A stretch of 64,000 nucleotides of DNA from Utricularia gibba (GCA_002189035.1 NEEC01000010.1:620001-684000); one strand, 5' to 3'. Shown: positions 34,768 to 49,900, counted from the first letter of the stretch. Numbers and translations: made by a program. The notes: generated by a model not told the origin, from the sequence alone.

Positions 34768-36420
34768 ATGGCTGCTAAATTGTACACCATGCCCCTCAAT
34801 CTCCGGCGTCCGTCGATCTCGCTTTCAGCGCGATTCAACGATAAATCTTCGTCTCCCCTGAAACGGAGGCCCGAATTCTTCATCCCACGGAAACGATGCC
34901 GGATGATCACTCCAATTGTATCTTCCTCAAACCCACCTCACTTCGGCCATTTCTCTCCGGATTCCAAATTGATCAACGATGAGCTCAAGCCCACGTCGCC
35001 GGAGGAAAGAAATTTCTCCGGGTTGGAGATGGCGTGTTTGTGGGTAGGACTTGTTGTGGGTGTCCCCACTTATTACCTAGCCGGCAGCCTCGTTGACCTC
35101 GGAATGGCGTGGTGGCAGGGGATCGCTACCGTCGTCGGTGCCAACGTACTTCTTCTGGTACCGTTAATCCTTACGGGTCAGCCAGGAACAAAGTATGGAA
35201 TCTCGTTTCCAGTTTTGGCTAGGTCGTCGTTTGGGGTACGTGGTGCTCATGTTCCAACTATTCTCAGAGCTCTAGTAGGGTGTGGATGGTACGGGATAGA
35301 AACATGGATTGGGGGAGAAGCAATTTTTCTTCTCCTCCCTAAAATCGCTAAACAATCAGTGGTGGCGCAACAGATTTCTTGGCTGGGAACTTCGCCTCTT
35401 GAGTTTCTGTGTTTCATCGTGTTTTGGTTTGCTCAATTGGTGATTGTTTGGAATGGCATAGATGGGATCAGGGAGATGGAGAAGTACTCTGCTCCAGTAT
35501 TGGTTCTTCTTACTGCTTCTTTACTCAGCTGGGCATTTTTCCGGGCAGGTGGGTTCAGCCATATGCTTGCACTCTCATCCAGGCTTTCCAGATCTGAGTT
35601 TTGGGCAGTTTTCTTCCCTTCTCTCACGGCGAATATAAGTTTCTGGGCCACCGTCGCTCTCAACATCCCCGATTTCACCCGCTTCGCCAAGAGCCAGAAA
35701 GATCAAATCTTTGGCCAAATTGGTCTGCCGATTTTCATGGGAGCTTTCACATTCGTCGGATTAGCAGTAACGTCTTCGACAAAGGTGATATTCGGTCGTG
35801 TGATTTCGAACCCAATTCAACTCCTCGGAGAAATCGGCGGAACTTGGGTACTTATCCTGGCGATTCTGGGCATAAGCCTTGCCGTGATCAGCACCAACAT
35901 CGCGGCCAATGTGGTGGCGCCGGCTAACGCACTCGTGAATCTCAGCCCCTCCATGTTCACATTCCGACGAGGAGCCCTCCTCACCGCCATCGTGGGGATC
36001 ATCTTCCAGCCATGGAGACTCCTCCAATCGAGCGAAAGCTTCGTGTACACGTGGCTAGTGGGATACTCGGCGCTCTTGGGGCCGATAATGGGTATCGTTT
36101 TGGCGGATTACTACTTCATCCAAAGGGCAGATTTGAACCTCGGCGACTTGTACACGGCTAGTCCAAGAGGAGGTTATTTTTACTCCGGTGGATACAATTT
36201 CGCGGCGTTGGTGTCGCTGCTGGCCGGAATACTGCCGGTGATCCCAGGGTTCTTGAGAAAAGTGGAGATTTTGAGCTCGGTTTCCGATTTGTTCGCTGTG
36301 ATTTACGACAACGCCTGGTTTGTTACCTTCTTCACAGCAGGGGTGCTACATTTGATCATCTCCTGGCTCCTCAGAAGAAGGAGAGCACTCCCTCCGGCAA
36401 CAGCTACTGCTATCGAGTAG
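34768..36420 (+). CDS. NCS1: Purine-uracil permease NCS1 (nucleobase:cation symporter 1), plastid transit peptide, 550 aa, intronless
   Basis: S/R-rich N-terminus; [70 protein letters not shown]; many transmembrane segments. Confidence 0.95.
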   Translation: MAAKLYTMPLNLRRPSISLSARFNDKSSSPLKRRPEFFIPRKRCRMITPIVSSSNPPHFGHFSPDSKLINDELKPTSPEERNFSGLEMACLWVGLVVGVPTYYLAGSLVDLGMAWWQGIATVVGANVLLLVPLILTGQPGTKYGISFPVLARSSFGVRGAHVPTILRALVGCGWYGIETWIGGEAIFLLLPKIAKQSVVAQQISWLGTSPLEFLCFIVFWFAQLVIVWNGIDGIREMEKYSAPVLVLLTASLLSWAFFRAGGFSHMLALSSRLSRSEFWAVFFPSLTANISFWATVALNIPDFTRFAKSQKDQIFGQIGLPIFMGAFTFVGLAVTSSTKVIFGRVISNPIQLLGEIGGTWVLILAILGISLAVISTNIAANVVAPANALVNLSPSMFTFRRGALLTAIVGIIFQPWRLLQSSESFVYTWLVGYSALLGPIMGIVLADYYFIQRADLNLGDLYTASPRGGYFYSGGYNFAALVSLLAGILPVIPGFLRKVEILSSVSDLFAVIYDNAWFVTFFTAGVLHLIISWLLRRRRALPPATATAIE

Positions 36421-36948
36421 TTAAGCAATTGCGCAGTGGAGTGCAGTGCAACATTCCTCCCCAGATTTGTACATATCATTTTTTGATGCATATGTAACTT
36501 AAAATTGGAGGGAATTGGAGGATGAGTGTACAACATATTTAAAATAAATGATATCAAAACGAAAATGTGGGTTTAACATATAGATATTCGGGTAATGTCA
36601 TATTCATTATCAACAATTTTGTATCAATTTTAAAATATATGTTTACATTATTTTTTAAGGTTGTTTTTACTTTTTTTATATTTTCTTTTCTCATTACTTT
36701 TTAATAATTATGTATCTTTTACTAATTTTTGAAAAAAAAAGTTTTACGGAATTTTAAGATACTTTCACTTAAATTTGGAAAGCAATCATTAATCCATAAT
36801 TTATTAGTTTGAGAGCGCATGAATGGAACCTAAGAAGAAGTACAAAGATGTACTTTTGATCAAATAATCAAGGCCTGATAACAGTGTGAAGATAATATTA
36901 AAATATTTAGATAATAGATTTAAATAGAATATAAATAAAATATCTCAT

Positions 36949-39900
36949 TGATAACACGTAATTTTAATAGTTTTAAGTTAAAAAATGAATGTTGTTACTG
37001 TGTGAAATTAAGATTTTGTTAATTACTTTGATGTTTTTGCAACTAGTAGCTCGGTTTTAAGTGTTTTATTTTAGATTGAAACTAAATCTTAGATTTTGTT
37101 CCAATTTTTTACTTAATCATTTTCCTTAGAATAATGCAACCTGTTTTTGACAAATGAAATTTCAAGGAGCCAAAAGTATACAGTACAAGAGTAGAATGAT
37201 GGAGAAAAAAGTTGGGAAAAAAAGTCAAAAATGAAGTATAAATTACCAAATTCGGAGATGCCAAAAAGAAAATTTTTGGAGAGAGAATGAGCTTCTAGCT
37301 AAAGAGGGGAATTTGGAGAAAAATCGTAGAAAAATCAAAGAAGGGCAAAGAAGAAGGGGTATGAAAAACTAGAAACTTAGCTATACTCAAAGATTTTCTC
37401 ATCAGAAATACTACTTCTAGTTAGGAATAGATCGCAAATGATATTTAAGCATTCCACATGGAAACTATTTCAATTTCTTGCTATCAAGATGTAATATGAA
37501 CATGCTGCTGATGTTAAGCACCACATGCTGTCTTGGGATCAAAAGGAAAAAGAGATAGTGATATTCACAAAACCCTAAAATAGATCATACTCATAGTTCA
37601 TTGATAAACTAGAATAAATCCAGGAAAGAGAGATAGTGATATTTATCCTAAAATAAACATAACTAGAGGTAGAATAAAAGTTAGGAAAAACAAAAGATTT
37701 GGATAGACTTGAACTCCTGTTTGTTTAGTAATTAAATTTTGGTTTTAGTAGATTAAGGATGGTGATGAGCATATTTTTGGTTTGGGTAGACATTATTTCT
37801 TTTTAGATAAAAATTTGATTTACTTGTTTTACTGCATTGAATTGTAGAATTGCAATAGTCCTACCTTAAACTTAATTTTCTATCGTGATAAAAATATAAT
37901 ACGTCAATCTCCATGCAACAAGTGCCATGTTCTTTGTGTTCGATCCTAATTCCACCATACTCATTTATTTGATGTATGATTGAATATTAATTTTATAAAT
38001 TTATTTGATATGTGATAACACATATTTTTGAGTGATTGAGTATAGGGAAATGACTCATATTGTGCTACAAAAATTAAGTTTTATTGCCTAGTTCTATATT
38101 TTTGCGCATAGTACTGTAGATGTGCTATTTTAGTCTTAGTTGTAGATTTAGTCCCAATTTTACTTCTAATAGTTTTCTTTGAGCAATGCAGCACATGTGG
38201 GCAACACAAATCCCAAGGAGCTGGATATGAACAATGTAGTAGCAAAGGATGAGGCAAAAGTCTGAAAACGATTACACACAAAATCCAAAGAAGAGAAAAA
38301 GTGGGATTTTGGACAAAAAGGGGGGACAAGATGGAGAGAGAAAAATATCTCCCCCATTGGAGCACACGACACAATTTTCTGGAGAAGGTTTCTGGGGAAG
38401 GAGGAAGACGAACCAGGAACGAAGCTGATGTTTGAAGACTATTTTCTGTTTCAAAAGAATATTACTATTAGCTAAGTGTAGTTAGCTACATTTTCTAGTT
38501 TTCTGTTGACATTTTAAATTCCTTACTTGTTTACTTTCTGATATTCGATTGTAAGATGAGTATAATGTGGATGATGTTTTCTTTTCTATTTTTATTTACC
38601 TTAACCATAAGTGGTTATGCATTTAGGGGTGCCTTAGGGTGAAAAGAGGAGAATTGTGCTACTCAATCTTTAGACCTAATCAATCATAAGTTACGCTACT
38701 TCCTTAACAAACCAGGATAGATACAGAAGGGGAAGTAGTGAAACCCAATTAACAACTCTAATTAGAGGTAGACCATAGAGAGAAAACAAGAGTTCGCGTA
38801 GACCTAGACTTTGTTGTTAGTTGATTGATCTATGGTTTGTGTGAGCTTGTTTAGTGATAAGCATATATCTCATAGGAGTCTCAATGCATCACCCCTTTCA
38901 CCTTAGAAACAATCGAGTTCAGAAGTTTGTTACTTTTCTTTATAGTATTTTACCGCAACTTCGCCTTAGTCCTAATTAAGACCAAATCTATCAACGTGAC
39001 ACTGATTGCATGCATTGACTTTCACATAGCAATCACCTAGCTTATTGTGTTCGACCCTAATCCACTATGCTCATATTTTTCATATAATTTGATTTGAATT
39101 AGGTTTATAAATTTTATTTGATAGGAGAAATTTGTATTTTAATGATGTGCATAATTTTTCGTTTATCAAACCCCTTGTAGTTTAGTAAGGAAGCACACTT
39201 CTAAGGAGTCAAATCTTGAGGAACCAAAAAGATCACACATGGTAGATCCTATTTCTAGGACAGATGTAAGAAAATGAAGATAAAAAGAAGAAAAGTTGGA
39301 AAAAGAAGGGGAAAGAGGAGAAGAGCAAATGGATTCATACAGACTTTGGAAAAACAAGAAGAATACTGAGAGGAAGAAAGAAGAAACTCTAAGAACAAAA
39401 AAGAGACTATGAGAAAGATACAAAATTCAGCTCATCTGAAAATTTAGTCGCAGAAACACTACTAGTCAGGAGTAGTTTAATAGAAAACTTTTCTTTCGTG
39501 TGGAAACTTATTTCGTCGCTATTACTATTTATTTTCTTTTTGATAGACTGCTGCTTGGGGATATGTGGTTGATAATATTTTATGTGATTATATTATTTCT
39601 TCCCAATATTAGTAGTTAAGTAAAATGGTGCTTGGAATTATAAAAGGGTGAGTTTGCTTATTATTCAATAGTCCATACTAACCAAATTATCATACTAATT
39701 TCTTATACAACCCATATAGATCCAAAAAGAAGAAATAGTGAAATGCTTATCTTAAAGAGCCTAATTAGATATATATCAAAAGTTAGGATAAAGAAATGTT
39801 TAGATAGACTTGAACATTTTGTTTTGTTAAAAGGCCAATTTTTAGTTGGAATATGATAGAGATAGTGATGAGAATATTACTTCTGGAAACCTAAGGCATC

Positions 39901-40180
39901 TCATTCCTTCTTTGTAAACCATAATCTGATTTGCTATATTTATTGTATCTATTGTATCTTACCAGTGAATTATATTAATCCTAGCTTAAACTTAATTATC
40001 TCATCATGAAAAAACAGAATGCATTAAACTTAATGGAACAAGCACCTTCTTCTTCGTGTTCGACTCTAATTTCACTGTATGCACATAGTTGCTTGATATT
40101 TAAATGAGAATTAACTTTATAAATTTATTTGATATGGGATTCATCATTTTGAACTAGGACGTGAAATTTTCCGTTTATCA
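36949..40180 (+). repeat. Head-to-tail array of three diverged ~1.0-1.15-kb Athila-like LTRs (A 36949-38012, B 38013-39168, C 39169-40180)
   Basis: A and B start TGATAACAC; B and C end GTTTATCA. All carry GTGTTCGA..CTAAT..CAC and TTATAAATTT(T)ATTTGATA blocks, and a TAGACTT...GTGAT(G/A)AG block. Confidence 0.7.
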
Positions 40181-40879
40181 CCCATTCACTGGATTTCTAG
40201 TTAATTTGAAAGGCAAGTCATCAGTTAACAAAGTATTGTATCTACCATTGAAATGGACTACCCATTAACTAGATTTCTAGTTGATTGAAACATAATCAAA
40301 TACTAATACCCATCTCCATAATTGAAATAAAATCGAATGCGATGACTTCTTTTCAAGAGATAGAATAAAAATTCACAAATACAATTGAATGTGACCAACC
40401 TGTCCAACAAGGATAAAAACAAAAATTGCATACGATAAGTAATTAATACATGTCATAAATATAATTAACAGTTAATGTCTACCATAACTGGTATGCATCC
40501 TCCCAAATTCGATCAAAATCCATGCTTAATGGTTCGGGATTTCAGAAAAGTTTTGCAAAATGTTCCAAAAGTGTAATGCCGTCGAATTTGAGATATGAGT
40601 AAGGGTAAAATTGAAAGATGCAAATCATGTTTACATAAATTGACCTCTCTCCCCTTGGTTTATGTCAAGTCCCAATTGGTTTACATATAATGTAAACTGG
40701 TTTATTTTTACCCACTTACAGCTCACTATCAAATGCATTCTAATCTTAAACTTACATCTAAACCTGAGATAGCATACAAATTTTCCTGTTTTTATGATAT
40801 AAAAATTATAAGTTTTTAATTATAATTTAGTTTTTTATTTTATAATTTTAAGTCTAGCAACAACTCTCAAAATCTATGT

Positions 40880-42112
40880 ACTAACGTGTTTTGAGTCTAG
40901 CAGCAACTCTCAAAATCAGGGAAGACACCATAGATTTCATGCAAGCATCATGTTGGAGAAGAAAAGACAGCATAAAAGACGGAGCAATAAGTACACTGTC
41001 ACAGCGATAGTTTACAAGTCAAGGACAGGAGCAATAGAGCTGTCACATGTCGTACATGCCTTGAGAAATGAAGAGGAGAAGATAATTTTGGAGGAGAGTG
41101 AATCACATGGAGAGCTTGGAGAGTTATAGCACACACACAAGGGGCTCCTCCAAGACCACGAACACCGATCAGAACAGGGAGGAAGAAGGGGGATTCTTGC
41201 AAAGAAGACTCTCATCCTTAAGAATACTACCAAGATCAAATTCAGCACTACTATTCCATGCTATGAACAGTAGCACATAAAAATAGAACATTTTATTTAC
41301 TTAGTTTGCTGAAACTTTACTTTCATTGACTGTTTGTTTGACAATGTTGAGAATATTTTCTTCAATTTGTAACTATGAAATCTTATTTTATTTTTCATAT
41401 AAGAGTAGCTAAACCTTAGTGATGCCTTAAGGTGTAGGATGGTGATGTGGGGCTAGAGTTAATAATGCAATTGATCTTTGTTTCTTAGTTTTTGTTTCTG
41501 TCATTTCATGGATAGACCTAAGGGTGGAAACTAGTAGCTTCGCAACTCAAATACTTGATTTAGAGATAGACCAACAAATCAGGCCAATAGCAACAAGTAT
41601 TATTCCGCGGTAGAACAAGTAGAATCGGGTAGACCTATTTTTATATACTTTGTATCCGGGTAGACCCAATTGCGATGTTGGTGATAATATTGGGGACTAT
41701 ATGACCCGAAAACATGATGAATGACTTCGGTAGACTTAGGTTGTTTGGAATTGTGAGTATAGGAACATTGTAAATTAAGTTAGTAACCTTAGCACCACGT
41801 CATCTGCATTACCTTAAGGCATCTTAGTATTACCTAGAACTTAGAACCAGTACTTGTTATTTTCTGATCTACAACTTGAATTTACTTGACATGTTTGTCT
41901 ATTATTGTTACTTCGACATTAGACTAAAACTGAAACCATTCTGTGATCCTGCATAGACTACAACACATAGGAAGCATTCACTCCTTATAATCAACCCCGA
42001 AAACCATTATGCATATTTTCTGAACTTGTATTTTGTGAATAGTAGGGTTTATAAATTTATTTGATATGTAATTCGATTTTATTGCAGCGATATTCAAATT
42101 TTTCATTTATCA
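40880..42112 (+). repeat. Fourth related solo-LTR-like copy (D)
   Basis: Same TTTATAAATTTATTTGATATG block and TTTATCA end. 5' boundary uncertain, near a direct repeat GTCTAGCA.CAACTCTCAAAATC at 40853/40896. Confidence 0.5.
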
Positions 42113-43291
42113 AAACCCTTGAAAAACCTTTAACCATATGCGTCCTAATCATCAATAACTTTTTTTAGGGGAACTCTAGGTTCAGTTTACCTTAGAGTGA
42201 AATCATTTTTCCTTCCTTAGAGTTCTTGTTATTCCTCCTCAACTTTCTTCACTTTCAATCATTAGTACATTTAATGTTACAAAAATACCAAACACCCCAT
42301 AACAAGTAGTAATTGAATTTCTGATTTTCTTACAAAAGACTTGTTCCAGATATTAGAAGTAGAAGATTTTGCATATGAGATTAGAGTGGGAAAGTTCGCA
42401 AACTTAATATCTTGAAATAATCATCTTATTATTTTCTCAATAATTGGTAAAGAATGAGATGATTTTATTTTATTTGTATTATAAAGATGAATTAGGATGG
42501 ATGATCTAAACAATTATTTTATTAAATTAGCATTCCAAACTATAAAATTGTGTGTCAAGGTTATTCCGCATCATAAATTAGATTGAATGCAGAATTACTG
42601 CAAAAGCTTAAAAAACAATGGGTATGCAATGCAAGGAAACACATGTGCTGCAAATTAAAAATCCAGTGTAGAGGGCAACAAAATAAACTCAAATAAGGAC
42701 TCATTGATATGGAACGTAAAGAGTTAAATATATTTTAGATGTGAACTATAAAAGGAATTGATATGACGTGCATGATATCATTCAAGACTTTCACACTGAA
42801 ACAAGAAGGTTGAATTTAGATTATACAAATGATTATTGAAAGATGCTATTAAAATATCATAATTTTAGTTTAATTTTGTAAAATACCACAAGTTTTAGAA
42901 AGAGAATTATCAAATCTCATTAATTCAATATCAAATTATTATATAATATAAAATTTACATACATTTTTAATAAATATTAAAATTAAATAATTAATCTTAT
43001 TTATATATATTATAATTATAATTTTTTTTCTTTAGAAAATGGTTAAGATGACGAGAGACATCCAACCTCTCCTCTCGGGCGCCACTTGTTACCACAAGCA
43101 CAACCATAGCACAGCCACTAATAGGCAGCGTCCAAAGAATCTTGAACATTGACTCTATATCGTTCATTAATGCATAATATCATGATTTAATTAAATTATG
43201 GTATTTTACAAAACTAAACACATAATAAGGGTGAAGAAATCGCTAGCCAGTGGAAGGAACATGGGGATGGTGCTGTCAGAGCAGCATTTAC

Positions 43292-46200
43292 CAATGATTT
43301 AAAAACCGATACTAGGGATGAAACGTTCAAGAGAAAGGTTCGTTTTTTTAAAGGTCTGACCGTTGAAAAAATGGTGACGAAACGAAAATAAACATTCAAG
43401 ATCTAAATGAAATGCAAATAAAACTAATGTTTCAAAATCACATAAACATCAAAATAACATCTTTGAAATCAAATGAAATCATTAAATCAAATTCTAGGCT
43501 TGTGTCTCTTCATCATTGCTCTCATATCCAAATTCCAAAGTAACATCTTCAATTGTTAAATATGTAAATGATAATAAGTTCAAGTTACATAAAATGGAAA
43601 TAGGTGCAATATTTTCTTCATCTACCATACTAGATTACAATTCTTGATAAACACATTCTTCATTATCATCAAAAAAAGAAGAATCTTTTTTATGTTGTGT
43701 TTCAGTTTCACATACCCATACTTCTCCACTTTCTTCCTCCTCTTCTACTATCCATGTATCAAATTTAGCAATAAAATCCAGATCTATAGGTTCAAAGGTT
43801 TTAACCTCATCACTCCACCTAAGAAAATAAAATGTGACAAAAAATCATTAAACAATAAAAGTACCTCTCTTGTAGACGTTGGTTGTAGTGCACAGAAACC
43901 AAATCATTCAAAAGACAATGTTCTAATTTATTTCTCTTCTTAGTATGAATATGCTCAAAAATACTCCAATTCCTTTTATAATCAAAAGAAGAACTTGTTT
44001 ACCTCATTATTTTGATAGCTAAATGTTGAAGTTCTGGGATGCTTGAGCCAAAATGCTTCCATCATTGATCTGTAAAATATAATTGCTATGAATAATTTAA
44101 TATCTTGTGTTTACCTTGTGCTTGCTTCAAAGTTTTAAAATATGGGAATCAAAGTTTTAATTAGAATAAGAAATATCTGGTTTTTGCCAATAATACAATC
44201 ATCTGATTCTTTATTTGCAATTACAACTATCACTTCATCCATAATACTCTTCAATCTTTGTAAATGATCTTTGTTATATTGAAATGCAGGGTTGAGTCAA
44301 TAAACTGTAGCATGTAATTTTTTTCTTAATTGAGAATGTCATCTTTTGTTCATGATTTCCAAATAAGGGGCATAAAGCTGATGTTTATTCAAAAATGTTG
44401 CCTTAATTCTTTCACTAGCTTTGTGCATCCCTTCATAAATATAACCCATGGATGGCTTTTTATTCCCATCTACTACTTTCAGAAGATGAACTAACGGTTT
44501 CATGATCTTTACATCGACTAAACAATCATTTCGAAATTTACAATCAAGCACTATTGAAGAGAAAAACTCTCTAGCAGCATCTTTAGACATTTTTTATGAT
44601 AGAAAATCCTTAAATGTTGTTAAAGCTTATAACTCAAGCTTATGACTATAAAAACTTTCAATAGCAATGAAATTTGTGCCAAATTGTGTAGCATAAAGTC
44701 TAAGAATTTCTGTCCCCCCCCCCCCTCACAATTTGTCAACCAATTCAGCAATATAATATGATCATAGATGAATCTAGAACAAGCTGATCATGTACTCTTC
44801 AATTTGTTCATATCTTTAGTATCAAATTCAAAAATGAGCTGCACAAGGAGATCATGAAATTGTTGCATAATAATCTTCTACAATTCTCACAACTACTATA
44901 AAATTTGCAGTATTATCTATCATCACATGTACTACATTTTCCACTCCAACCCAATTAATAACCTTTATGAACAAGAAAAACAACTTGCTGGCAATCTTAG
45001 AAATACTAGAAGCATCAATTGAGCAATAAAAGACAGTTCCATGAGGACAATAAATCAAAAAGTTAATCAAAGTTCTATGAGACATACCAGTCCATTCATT
45101 TGCCATTATTGTGCAACCAATTTCTGTCCACACAGTTTTAATACTATCTATCCACAATCCAATCTCTTAGCATCTCTAAGCAAAGGAATGCATACCTCAT
45201 AATAACTTGGCATAGTAAAAGCATAACCTAGTGTAATTGCATCTTCAATCATAGTACGAAAACGACGTAATTTGACCACACTATACATGAATCATATAAA
45301 AACTTGACGATTTCAAGTTTTACCTTTCTCACTACTACTTCACTTGTCCAAAAACTTTCCAATGTTTTATGTGATCTATCATCATTGCTTAATTTATTGA
45401 CCACAACTTTATTTTTTATCTTTCTTGGTTTAAAAAAATTTAAAACTGATACTTCATTCTTTCCACTATCTGTTGTAGGAGATTCAAGGCTTACACTATC
45501 ATCAAAATCAAGCTTATATGCATTCATAGTTTCATTATCCAGATTTATAGTAGCACTGGTTGCCTTTTTTTTACCAAAAATTTCAGCCAATGCTTTTTTC
45601 ATTTCATTTCTAACACTAATTGGAGCCTTTTTGCAGGGTGCTAAATCACAAACTTCTCTAGCTAAATATTTTTTCATCCAATTAATCCTTGCACCAGCAT
45701 AACTAAGACCACGTAATAAACAAGTCAGTCTTTTTTTTCCATTAATAGTTGAAAGACTTGTATATTGCCAAGTAATATCATATTTGCCTATTTTTTATGC
45801 TCGTCAACACCAATTGGAGAAGCATCAAAATCCATTACTATTGTAAAAAAAAAAGAAACTAATGATAAATAAATATTTTCAGTAATAATTTTTCACCAAA
45901 CATAAACTTATAACACATTCAATAATCTTGAGTAAAATCATCCAACATAAATACACACAACAAACAAATCATTCTACAACATTAATAATAAAATTAAAAA
46001 CATAACCCCCATGAATAAAAATACCACATATAATAATCAGATGCAACCTAAATTTAATGCTAAATTGCTAATATAAAGTGAAATAATGCAGGATTGGAAG
46101 TACAATTGAAGTGTATTTACATTAATTTACTTAAAATAAACAAAAAATGAACAATGTTCAAGTTCAGTCATTTAAGCAAAAATTCGAAAAGTACTCAAAA

Positions 46201-46449
46201 AATGTATACTAGCCATAGAAGCATCAATATCCTTTATGACTATTTGAAAACCACAAAAAAAAAAAATTGGACCAAAGATCTCACAAATCACGTGAAAAAG
46301 GAGTATAAATAGAGAATCTCACTTCTTTTTTGCCACATGCTCACAAAACCTTTAATCTGCCAACTTTTATTGAAACGTAACCAATATAGAGACCGGTTCC
46401 CATTTTGTCCGATCGGACCGGGCAACTCGGTCCATTTTTTAAACCACCG
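43292..46449 (-). mobile_element. hAT DNA transposon (BED finger/DUF659 type), full length, transposase degenerate
   Basis: TIRs CAATGATTTAAAAA / CGGTGGTTTAAAAA (11/14). 8-bp TSD GCATTTAC (43284-43291) / GCGTTTAC (46450-46457). GCTIMANEWT..LINFLIYCPHGTVF, PLVHLLKVVDGNKKPSMGYIYEGM, KYLAREVCDLAPCKK. Confidence 0.9.
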
Positions 46450-46958
46450 GCGTTTACTAAAGAAACAAGATCACGGCCGGCCCGATGATCGCAAATCCAA
46501 CTGTCAACACACGACGGATTGAGGCAGTTCCTGAATGACGGGTATCGATGCCCCTTTGCGATTATGCAATACGAAGAAACAAACTTAAATGATTACGCAC
46601 TTGGGATTTGCAAATACTTCTCAAGTTGCATATAAGATACAAAAGGACAAGGTTGGCTGGCTACATGAAATTCCTTTTTCCCCACCTGTACTACGGTAAA
46701 CAATCATGTACAACGCAACTGCTCACAACCCTGAAAAGAAAAAGGTAATAGAAATAAGAAACTTGGCACTCCAGATACTTCGAACACAACAATTTCTATA
46801 CATACGCATCTCTGAAACTACTCTCCTATTTTACTCCGGTCCTAGGCACAGTAAATCTTGGAATCCTCCTGATTCAGGGTGGGATCCTTGTAAATAAGAT
46901 CTTAGTCACAGCACTGTGTACGTAGCAAGGAAAATGAAACCAATAAAAAAAAATTGGG

Positions 46959-49900
46959 TCACTCCAAGGGGACATCAGGTTCTTCATCCTGGTTAATAAT
47001 TCGGCATTTTGGAACTCGTTTCTCAAGCATAGAAGTCCCTTTAAAAGTTATCATTTGCCAACACGTTCTTCGGTAATTCGCAAGCTGCACAATGTAAGGA
47101 ACGGCCATGAATTATGGGTATGTATGGCATTACCTTCACCGGATAAGTGTGCAAGAGATCGTTGATGGCTTACTTGTTCTAGTGATATTTTTTCAAATCC
47201 AAATTTCTCTATCCATATTGACCTGGCCTCATCCGTTGCTGGGAGAACAAGGCTTTTCACATCGAGAAATGCCAGCAACTTCTCAACGCAAGAATAAAGT
47301 AATTGAAAGTATCCCTGGAATGCATTTAAAAACTTTCAGCACGTAGTTGCAGCAAACCCACCAGAAGTCTATATACAGACTGCAAAAATGCAAGGGAAAA
47401 CCTGGTGATGTTCATGATGTCATTAACATGCAAACTAGCACAGAATAAAAGGCAGGTACAGCATAACATCTTACGGGAAAATTGATCCAACAACAAACAA
47501 CACAACTTTCTGCAGACAGCATCCCCAACAAGCTTTACTATTCACATTATTATCTATTAGCTGGTTTACCTATTTACACCACCTTGATTGCATCTAACTA
47601 GGTGGATAACAGATTACCTTGCCCTGATCAAGAAGGCGTGTTGCCACCAAAGGTAGTTCGGCAATTTCATCGCCAAAAATTCGAAGAATCCCAGCAGATA
47701 CAACTGTAGAACTGCAGGATTTCAGAAGATCAATTTCTGGATGAACTTTCACCAAATTAGTAAAAGATCAATTTCACATTTGGCCCCAATAAATATATGT
47801 CAATTTTAATCCATGCCCTGAAGCGTCATCTTTACCTCCAAGGCATCACATGTTCACAGTTTAATCCGACACCTATTTTAACAATTATCAGCAACAATAT
47901 CTCGACCATCAACGGCATCTTTTTTGTTTCACTTCTAGTTTCTAAAAGATCCACATTTTTCCCACATCAACAGGTCATATGAGGCCCCTCGAGAACTACT
48001 GAAGATGCATAGAGTGAAACCATGTTTTTAAGTCATAAATATTTTATTATTTAGGGCACAAAGAAAGAATGACCTATATTTTGGGGACTAAGACAGTGAC
48101 CAGTCTAGTTCATACTAATGTCAGTAAAATAATAAAGGAGTCTTACTTCACTGTCAGAATAGCACAATACATTCCACTGAAGTCTTGTCCCCTAATATTT
48201 CTCCTGAAAGCGAGGCAGACAATTTATGACATGCAAAGAGTGCCACATAATGAGATGAACAGGCATAACATGCGTTTAATAATGCAAATGCATACCCATA
48301 AACTAGAGACGGAATGAAATCCCTTCCCGTTTCTGAATCAACAATTGGGTCAAAGCATTCCTGATGAAAAAAAACGGGAACATGATAAATAATATAATAT
48401 ACCATTAACGAAATAGTTTTACTAGCAGGAATTTAAAGTGAATCTTATACGTAAGAACAGAGCCAGAGCGCAAATGCAGGGAGATAGTTGGACAGTAGGA
48501 CTGCAAAAGTGATTGCATCCTAAGGGGAAATACAAAGATTTGGCCCCAGCCAGAAATACCATTTAGTAGCTTGACCAAACAGGCAAAAAGAGCAACTAAA
48601 AAAAATTCACATAATATGCACAAGAGTAAAATTGAAAATACCATGAAAATCACATCAGACGAATTATCTCTTACATGAAATATGGCCACAGCTTGGGATA
48701 ACAAGACTCTGGTTTCATGACAAGAAATTTTTCCGTTCAGAAGCCTCCACCTTATGTCCAGATCAGTAACACTAACTGGATCTTTTCCTGTTTCTTTTTT
48801 TCTTAGAATGTCCAATGATTCATCAGGGAGCTTCTCCTCACCAGCATTCAGCAAACTCTGTAGTGCAGAGTATATCCATTTGCAATTTGCGGAACAGAAC
48901 CATTTTCCTCCTGGAAGTTCCTGAATTTCGAGAGAAAGAGCATATTCAGAAGATGCGGTTAAGGTTTGTAAATTGTTAAATAGGAATCGAAATGGTTTTT
49001 ACCTTTAGATCAGCCAGCTTAAATTTTTTCAGACAGCCAACATGATATTCTTTTTCACACTTCAATATTGAAAGATAGCGTGAGTAGACTGTCCTTCAAA
49101 TTATAATCCCCAGATAATGCAAGAGAGTACCTGATCACAGAGAATAACCGTGCGTGGACCAAAACCTGATTTACTAAAATCATAACCCCTGCAACCAAAG
49201 CAAAAGATCACATGCGTAGAAGTCAGCATAACAGGCAGGCATCATAAAATCAACCTGATTCATTGCAAATGACCATCATAAAAGAACACTGAATAAAGCC
49301 ATGTAACCTGCATATCACACATGCTATGACATCATTCTCTTCGGGGTTCTTGACAATGCGAATGCAACGATTTGCTATTTGTGCTATTGGGTCGACACCA
49401 GATACTCTTCCAGCAGCAACAGCATTGGCGTTCCACATTACAAATCTCTCCCTCTGAAACATATTTTGGCAGTACGTGCAATACCATTTACCACGAGGGA
49501 TGCTTGGCAAGGATGCACATTCTGAATTCAATAATAAAAACGTGAAATGCTCATCACTGCATTGGTATGAAATAACACCAGAATATGTTTCCAAAATCCA
49601 AGAATAACTTATGTATGCCTACTACAAACAAAAAGAGCACAATCCTTGCACCGTTTGGAAATGCAACATAGTGGCTAACAGAATAAGGATTTTCAAAGCA
49701 TATCTTCTCAAAAATGAAATGGGGACAAGAAAAATAATGATACCTTTGTGGAAGGACCTTGGGCAACCATCACAAAGCACCAACTTTCCACCATCTGCAC
49801 AAATGATGCACAAGTCATCATTGTCTTTCGAAGAACTCTTTCGCCCTCTTAGCAAAGAAAGTGCATACTCATGGAGTGACACTCCATTCGAAGTGTAGAT

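Noticed and set aside
35409-36557. Overlapping and antisense ORFs within NCS1
   Set aside because: Expected by-products of a GC-rich coding region; no recognisable domains.
44715-44726. Poly-C run in the hAT element (and poly-G at 13220-13230) as functional G-quadruplexes
   Set aside because: Simple homopolymer expansions in degenerate TE sequence; lengths may be unreliable.
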